A stretch of DNA of 64,000 nt, taken from contig CAXXSL010000011.1 of the NCBI GenBank assembly GCA_963675525.2, positions 512,001 to 576,000 on the forward strand, written 5' to 3'. Below, in pieces: positions 58,509 to 64,000 of the stretch. The stretch is from Anaerohalosphaeraceae bacterium. Its GTDB lineage: Bacteria > Planctomycetota > Phycisphaerae > Sedimentisphaerales > Anaerohalosphaeraceae. A program made the position numbers and the translations under genes. The notes under the pieces are model-generated. The model searched no databases, had not been told where the DNA came from, and saw only the letters and a list, made by a program, of their open reading frames with translations. The number at the start of each line of letters is the position of its first letter. Within the stretch, counting starts at the first letter, position 1.

Positions 58509-58698
58509 CCTATATGGAAAAAACTTTATAGTATCGGGGTTTTATCCTAACCCCGCTTTGTCATCCTGACGTTTACGGCGACGGAACTGTTGTCAACCCG
58601 TTGCCTGTCCTCATCGGTAAGCCGTTAAGGCCTACCGTTCCATCCGGTATCGATGTACCCGAACCGCCAATATCACCGGAAATCGGATTCACCATTTT

Positions 58699-59810
58699 TC
58701 AGGTAAGTACGGCTTTGAGCCAGTCATAAACGTAATCCAATACCTGATGTAATGAATCCGGCATTCCGATTTCTCCACCATCATCAGGCACGGCCTCGTC
58801 GAAGAATTCCTGCCTGGTCATTCCGGGGGTATACACCTGTTCAAGTTCAGAAATAATCGCCGAAATCGAGCGGTCAACACTCTTCGGGGACTGCTGAGCC
58901 GTCCAGGTGCATGCCGGTTCACCCGCTGCAGAACACACAAGCCAATGTTCCGCCATTATCGCAACATCCTGCAAGTTGACATATCTATCCCGGTTCAAAT
59001 CGCCGGTCAGGCAAAGAGTGCATCGTGACAGTTCCGTCCACTCATTGATAATGGTAAACGCTGCCAAACCGTTGGCCGTGATGTCAACACGGGAAAGACT
59101 TTCCAGGGAATGGGGTGCATTACCAGCGGCAACGCGGATCTCAGTAACCTGGACGATATTGGCATTCGGTGTTTCAACTGTCACACCTCCGGGAATGTCC
59201 TCCCAACTCGGTGATATCCGAATTTTCCCCCCCTTCTGTTTCATCGGGTATCCCGAGAAGCTCTCTGATCAATTTAAGTATCGAAATCTCTCCCCCTCCC
59301 CCCTCCACTCTGAATAATGATCGACAGGCTGGTCGTCGCCGTATAGTCCTCCTGCAGTACACGTTGGCCTTGATAGAAATACTCAATCGTTATGACATTG
59401 GCGTCTATAACTGAAAAGTCAAATCCCAGAACACCTTCGGACCCCAGATTGGACATTTGGATCGTACATATCATTTGATCGGGAACAGCACCCACTGTCC
59501 CGTAGCTCTTGACCTCCATAGAAGCACCCACCGCAAGCGAATCGAGTAGTTTCATTCCCCATATTTTCGGATCGCCGGGGAGATTCGTACTCACGCCGTC
59601 ATTGCCCGAAGGGCCGATATTCGAAACGGTCAGTTCATCTGGCCCAGGGGTAAGTACCGCCTGTCCCAGGCTCGTTTGTTCCAGGTTGAAAACTTCTGCG
59701 GTGTCTGCAAACAAGTTGACACAAAACAGAGCGGCTAACAAACCTGACAGCAGGAAGCCGTATCTGTATTTCCTGTAATTGTTCATGTCTTTATGCCGCA
59801 TTGACATCAT
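58699..59810 (-). pseudogene. Secreted hypothetical protein with half-dockerin; paralogue of 59863..60894, frameshifted at G-runs
   Basis: ORFs 59274..59810 and 58699..59244 align end to end with the neighbour (FNLEQTSLGQAVL, NIGPSG.DG, VETP, RVDIT, GDLNRDRYVN, GMTRQEFFDE); bridging frame GGGGEISILKLIRELLG. Confidence 0.75.
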
Positions 59811-59862
59811 TTTATAGTCCTCCTATAAAGATAGAGTACTCATTCGCTGGTTCTATAGCATC

Positions 59863-60894
59863 TTACATGGGTGGACCACCCAAAATTTCCCAGAGGATAT
59901 CCGCCACCTTGTGCATCCAATCAGGTGCCGCAATCTCGTCGGTTCCGGGAAAATTCTCGTCAAAAAATTCCTGCCTGGTCATCCCTGCGGTATAGAGGTG
60001 TCCCATCTCAGACAAACCGGCCATAAGATCACGATCCGGCCACTCCGGTTCTGTCTGGGCCGACCATGTACACAATGGTTCACTTGGTTGGTCACATTCA
60101 AGCCATACACCACACACGGCAGCCAGATCATCAATATTCACATATCTGTCCCTGTTGAAATCGCCGGGAATCCATAAGCTTGCACGGGACAATTCAGTCC
60201 ATTCATCGACAATCGTAAACAATGCGATGCCGCTGGTTGTTATGTCTACCCGGGAAAAGCCATCCATACTCACCGGGACATTCCTGCCGACAATCCTGAC
60301 TTCTGTAACGGTGACCATGTTGCCCTGTGGGGTTTCAACTGTCGTTCCGCCGGGAAGACCGTTCCACCCCAGGGTAACCCGGCAAAGACCGAAAAACCTC
60401 AATAATTCTTCAAGCCAAGTCTGTGGCGGATCCGGAGCAACAATCATAATATTGTTGGTGTCTTCGTAGTTTTCCCTCAGCACCTGCGCACCATCTAAGA
60501 TGTAGTCTACCGTTATGGTATTAGCATCCACACCGGCAAAGTCCAGTCCGATGTTAACAATGGGTACCAGGTTGGCCATGTGCAACACGCAAAGGGGCTG
60601 GCCGGGAACATCATTGACTGTTCCGGTACTGTTGATATCCATGAAAGCACCCGGTCCGAGGGGATCGAGCATTGTCATACTCCAGGTCACAGGACCGCCT
60701 AAAAGAGTAACACTTGTGCCATCAAGCCCGGATGGGCCGATGTTCAACACAGTCAGTTCAGATGATCCTGCGAAAAGAACCGCCTGGCCAAGCGACGTAT
60801 GCTCAAGATTGAATGCCACTTCCGTATTTGCAGCAAGTTGAGCATTAAAGTATCCGGTGACCAGCAATATAATAAATAACATCAGCTTTTTCAT
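59863..60894 (-). CDS. Secreted hypothetical protein with half-dockerin motif
   Basis: GGAGG RBS; signal peptide; GDFNRDRYVNIDDLAAVCGVWLEC. Confidence 0.8.
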   Translation of the reverse strand: MKKLMLFIILLVTGYFNAQLAANTEVAFNLEHTSLGQAVLFAGSSELTVLNIGPSGLDGTSVTLLGGPVTWSMTMLDPLGPGAFMDINSTGTVNDVPGQPLCVLHMANLVPIVNIGLDFAGVDANTITVDYILDGAQVLRENYEDTNNIMIVAPDPPQTWLEELLRFFGLCRVTLGWNGLPGGTTVETPQGNMVTVTEVRIVGRNVPVSMDGFSRVDITTSGIALFTIVDEWTELSRASLWIPGDFNRDRYVNIDDLAAVCGVWLECDQPSEPLCTWSAQTEPEWPDRDLMAGLSEMGHLYTAGMTRQEFFDENFPGTDEIAAPDWMHKVADILWEILGGPPM

Positions 60895-61321
60895 TTTAAT
60901 ACCTCCACTAAAAGCCGCTCTTCAATAAACATACTTGCGCAAGATATCTGGCGTCAAAACGTATATTATGGAAACCTTCTTTTAGAAAATGTGAATAGAC
61001 TCCCCCTTCTCCGAGTGTCACCCCCTTAAATGTCAAGCACAAAAGCATGTGCTTTCTCCCGTCCCCCCCAATGTACTTGTTTGAATTACGACATAACGAA
61101 AAATCTCTCGTACCATCAACGAATGATTTTACATTTCTTGTCGCGTCCGAAACATGAAGACTCTACCCGTACAAGATTTATCTAAAACATATTATATCCG
61201 ATAATATTCAAAGTTAAATAGGCAATAACACCTATTTTGTGCTTTTTTCTTGATTCTCTACGAGAAAGGTATGGTAACACTAAATGATTTTAAGGGCAGG
61301 AAAATCCGCTTTTCTTTCCGG

Positions 61322-62173
61322 TTAGAAGCCGTTGGTGTAATCCGGCCGGCCGTCATCGCTGTCGTAGATCAAATCATCACCGGGTGTGTCTTCTTTGACG
61401 ACAATACGTTCGATTCGTTCTGCTGTTTTTTTATGACTGTCCACGGTGACAATGATCCCGTTGATCTGAACATCCGAAGCCGCCACTTCAAACGGATACG
61501 GCATTTGCGTTCGGAATGCACGGATCACGCTTTCGGATTTGCGTCCGAGAACCGAATCGGCCGCCCCCGTCATCCCGATATCCGTGATGTAGGCCGTTCC
61601 TTTTTTCAGAATGCGTTCGTCGGCCGTCATCACATGCGTATGCGTCCCGAAAACACAACTGACTTTGCCGTCGAGGTAATAGCCCATCGCAACCTTTTCG
61701 CTGGTCGCCTCACAATGCATTTCCACGAAAATAATGTCAGCCTCATTGGACACTTTCCCCAGCAGATTGTCGATCTTGGCATAGGGGCAGTCTGCCGGTT
61801 TCATAAAAATCCGACCGATCAGCGTGATCACACCGACCGTCACGCCTTTGGCGGTGTGGTAAACAGCGTAGTCTTTGCCCGCCGCGTGCGGTGACAGGTT
61901 GGCCGGACGAACGATATTCGACTGACTTTCAAGTGTCGCAATGATATCCTTCTTGCGAAAGCAATGGTCCCCCAGTGTGATCAAGTGAACGCCGTATTTG
62001 CAAAGCTTCTCATAGATCTGCGGCGTAATGCCGGAACCTCCGGCGGCATTTTCAGCATTGACGATCACGCAGTCGATCTTGCGGTCCTGAACCAGCGGGA
62101 GCAACTGCTGAGACAGAATCCGTCTGCCGGGCCGTCCAACAACATCACCGATGCACAGAATATTGACCTTCAT
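61322..62173 (-). CDS. ymdB: YmdB-family (TIGR00282) metallophosphoesterase
   Basis: IGDVVGRPGR, NAENAAGG.G, TLGDH, RPAN, H.EATSEK, GTHTHV, TDIGMTG; directly downstream of rny. Confidence 0.93.
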   Translation of the reverse strand: MKVNILCIGDVVGRPGRRILSQQLLPLVQDRKIDCVIVNAENAAGGSGITPQIYEKLCKYGVHLITLGDHCFRKKDIIATLESQSNIVRPANLSPHAAGKDYAVYHTAKGVTVGVITLIGRIFMKPADCPYAKIDNLLGKVSNEADIIFVEMHCEATSEKVAMGYYLDGKVSCVFGTHTHVMTADERILKKGTAYITDIGMTGAADSVLGRKSESVIRAFRTQMPYPFEVAASDVQINGIIVTVDSHKKTAERIERIVVKEDTPGDDLIYDSDDGRPDYTNGF

Positions 62174-62212
62174 GATACCCTTTTAGTCTAAGTGTGAACG
62201 CAGCTTTTTATC

Positions 62213-63796
62213 CTATCGTGCGTATTCCACACAGCGTACTTCACGCAGCAGTGTGACCTTGATCTCGCCGGGATAGGTCATTTCTTCTTCGATCTTCTTG
62301 GCAATATCCCGTGCGGTCTTCATCGCCGAATCATCCTTGATCTTATCGGCATCCACGATCACGCGAATTTCACGACCCGCCTGAATCGCATAGCAATTTT
62401 CAACGCCTTCAAAACCGGCGGCAATGTCTTCCAGTTTTTCCAGGCGTTTGATATAACGCTCCAGCGTCTCCCGGCGGGCGCCCGGACGTGAGGCGCTGAT
62501 CGCATCCGCGGCTGCTACCAAGGGCGTGTAGGCATTATCAGCCGGGATGTCGCCATGGTGAGCTTCAACCGCATTGAGAATGACCGACGATTCCTTAAAC
62601 CGGCGAAGGAAGTTCGTTCCAATGGCCGGATGACCGCCTTCGATTTCACGGTCCATGGCCTTGCCAATATCATGCAGCAGACCGGCCCGCTTGGCGATCG
62701 AGCCGTCCAGCCCCAGTTCATCAGCCATTACCTGAGCTAAAAACGCCACTTCAACACTGTGCCGCAGGACATTCTGCCCGTAACTGGTGCGGTAATGCAG
62801 GGCTCCAAGCATTCCAATGACCTTATTGTTAAGCCCGCGAACATCCACTTCTTCGGCGGCCTCTTTTCCGATTTGAGTGACACGTGCATGAACATCTTTT
62901 TTCGTCTGATTGACCACTTCTTCGATACGGGTCGGGTGAATACGTCCATCCTGGATCAACCGTTCCATACTCAACCGTGCGACTTCCCGACGGATCGGGT
63001 TAAAACCGCTGACGACGATTACCCCGGGTGTGTCATCCACGATCACATCGACACCTGTGGATTTCTCGAACGCACGAATGTTACGTCCCTCGCGGCCAAT
63101 GATGCGGCCTTTCATATCGTCGCTGGGAATGTCCACCATCGAGACGCTCACTTCGCATGTCTGCTCGGCGGCATACCGCTGAATCGCCAGATTAATCACT
63201 TCTTTGGCCTTTTCTTCAGCCATTTCCTCGGTCTGAGTCACTTTCCGCTGGATGATCTGGCCCATTTCGCGTTCACACTCATCTTCCAGCCGTGTCAAAA
63301 GCAGCTCTTTGGCCTGTTCCATATCCAGCGAGGTGATTTTTAAAAGCTGATTCTTCTGCTGAACGATCAAAGAAGACAGCTCTTTATTGCGGTTTTGACA
63401 GGAAGTCATCTGCTTATTGAGCTCTTTTTCGGTGTTATTGAGTTTGCTTTCCTGTTGCTGGATTTTTTCCTGCTTGCGATCCAGCAGATCCTCGCGCCGA
63501 GAGACCTCCAGTTCCTGCTTGCGGAGCTGGTTTTCACGAGTATTCATCTCATTGGCCAGTTCCTCACGCTTCTTCATCTTTTCGCTGGCCGCGTCAAGTT
63601 GAGCTTCTTTGATAATGGTTTCAGCCTGTTTTTTGGCTGTTTCGATACGATTTTCGAGTTCTTCTGCAAGTACTTTCGAGCGTGAATTGGACAATGCACG
63701 TTGAATGATAAAAACAACAACCGCCCCCACTGTACACCCCAGCACTAATCCCAAAAAAAGTAATCCTATGCCCTGTATTTCTGCCAATATTTCCAT
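62213..63796 (-). CDS. rny: Ribonuclease Y
   Basis: N-terminal TM helix, coiled coil, KH motif [16 protein letters not shown] domain [12 protein letters not shown]...[19 protein letters not shown]. Confidence 0.97.
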   Translation of the reverse strand: MEILAEIQGIGLLFLGLVLGCTVGAVVVFIIQRALSNSRSKVLAEELENRIETAKKQAETIIKEAQLDAASEKMKKREELANEMNTRENQLRKQELEVSRREDLLDRKQEKIQQQESKLNNTEKELNKQMTSCQNRNKELSSLIVQQKNQLLKITSLDMEQAKELLLTRLEDECEREMGQIIQRKVTQTEEMAEEKAKEVINLAIQRYAAEQTCEVSVSMVDIPSDDMKGRIIGREGRNIRAFEKSTGVDVIVDDTPGVIVVSGFNPIRREVARLSMERLIQDGRIHPTRIEEVVNQTKKDVHARVTQIGKEAAEEVDVRGLNNKVIGMLGALHYRTSYGQNVLRHSVEVAFLAQVMADELGLDGSIAKRAGLLHDIGKAMDREIEGGHPAIGTNFLRRFKESSVILNAVEAHHGDIPADNAYTPLVAAADAISASRPGARRETLERYIKRLEKLEDIAAGFEGVENCYAIQAGREIRVIVDADKIKDDSAMKTARDIAKKIEEEMTYPGEIKVTLLREVRCVEYAR

Positions 63797-64000
63797 AAGT
63801 CTGCGCCTTTCGTCATGAAGTTTGGATCTATATTCTTGCAGAATTGGAGTCGAAAAAATGCAATCGCAGGCACAAGAAATGATTGCGTCAGGAAATGAAT
63901 TCTAACTTTATTAGACAGATAACGAGCGCACAACAGGGGCAATAATTACAGAAAATCTCCCTTTTTGAACTTAAACAGTTCTTTATTATTATAAAAAAAC

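Noticed and set aside
58573..58695. 40-aa ORF in frame after the TGA at 58699 (possible readthrough)
   Set aside because: The region is indel-prone and a one-base shift gives a plausible end (WLKPYLPEKW); no recoding signal seen
60934..60943. CTTGCGCAAG palindrome resembling the regulon core
   Set aside because: Lacks the AAAAT extension, the second half-site and the promoter geometry
63840..64000. Possible 6S RNA or leader upstream of rny (TTGAAC...GTTC motif near 63965)
   Set aside because: Only weak resemblance and cut by the window edge; needs an Infernal search with flanking sequence

Overview
Most likely a Planctomycetota genome (Phycisphaerae, Sedimentisphaerales-like). This is inferred from the Rhodopirellula-type ECF/FecR pair, DUF1559-like pilins, PEP-CTERM proteins and Cys-flanked half-dockerin tails. 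About 54 kb (1-54200) is three adjacent carbohydrate-utilisation loci with no SusC/SusD or TonB receptor in the window. (i) An ECF sigma/anti-sigma unit followed by a pilin-like gene and a surface protein running off the left edge. (ii) A pectin locus under a XylR-type activator: PL10-CE12, a DUF4450-like GH, three GH28 domains, GH105, CE8, an esterase, an SSS transporter, GH43, a GH65/95-like enzyme, and PEP-CTERM and dockerin-tailed DNRLRE-like proteins. Six matching tandem operator-promoters can be read from the DNA. (iii) A LacI-controlled beta-mannoside-type locus: LamG and GH30-like proteins with split dockerins, a pilin, a PEP-CTERM protein, SSS, a clan GH-A enzyme, two GH130 and a Tat-exported ADP-ribosylglycohydrolase-fold protein. 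To the right lie tRNA-Leu(TAG), xseB/xseA, REP-like palindromes, an EVE-nuclease gene, a truncated ORF6N gene, two paralogous secreted proteins, ymdB and rny. Frameshifts cluster at about 20.7-21.5 kb and 53.2-59.3 kb, including in xseA, and are probably assembly indels. All family calls come from motif recognition by eye, not from database searches.
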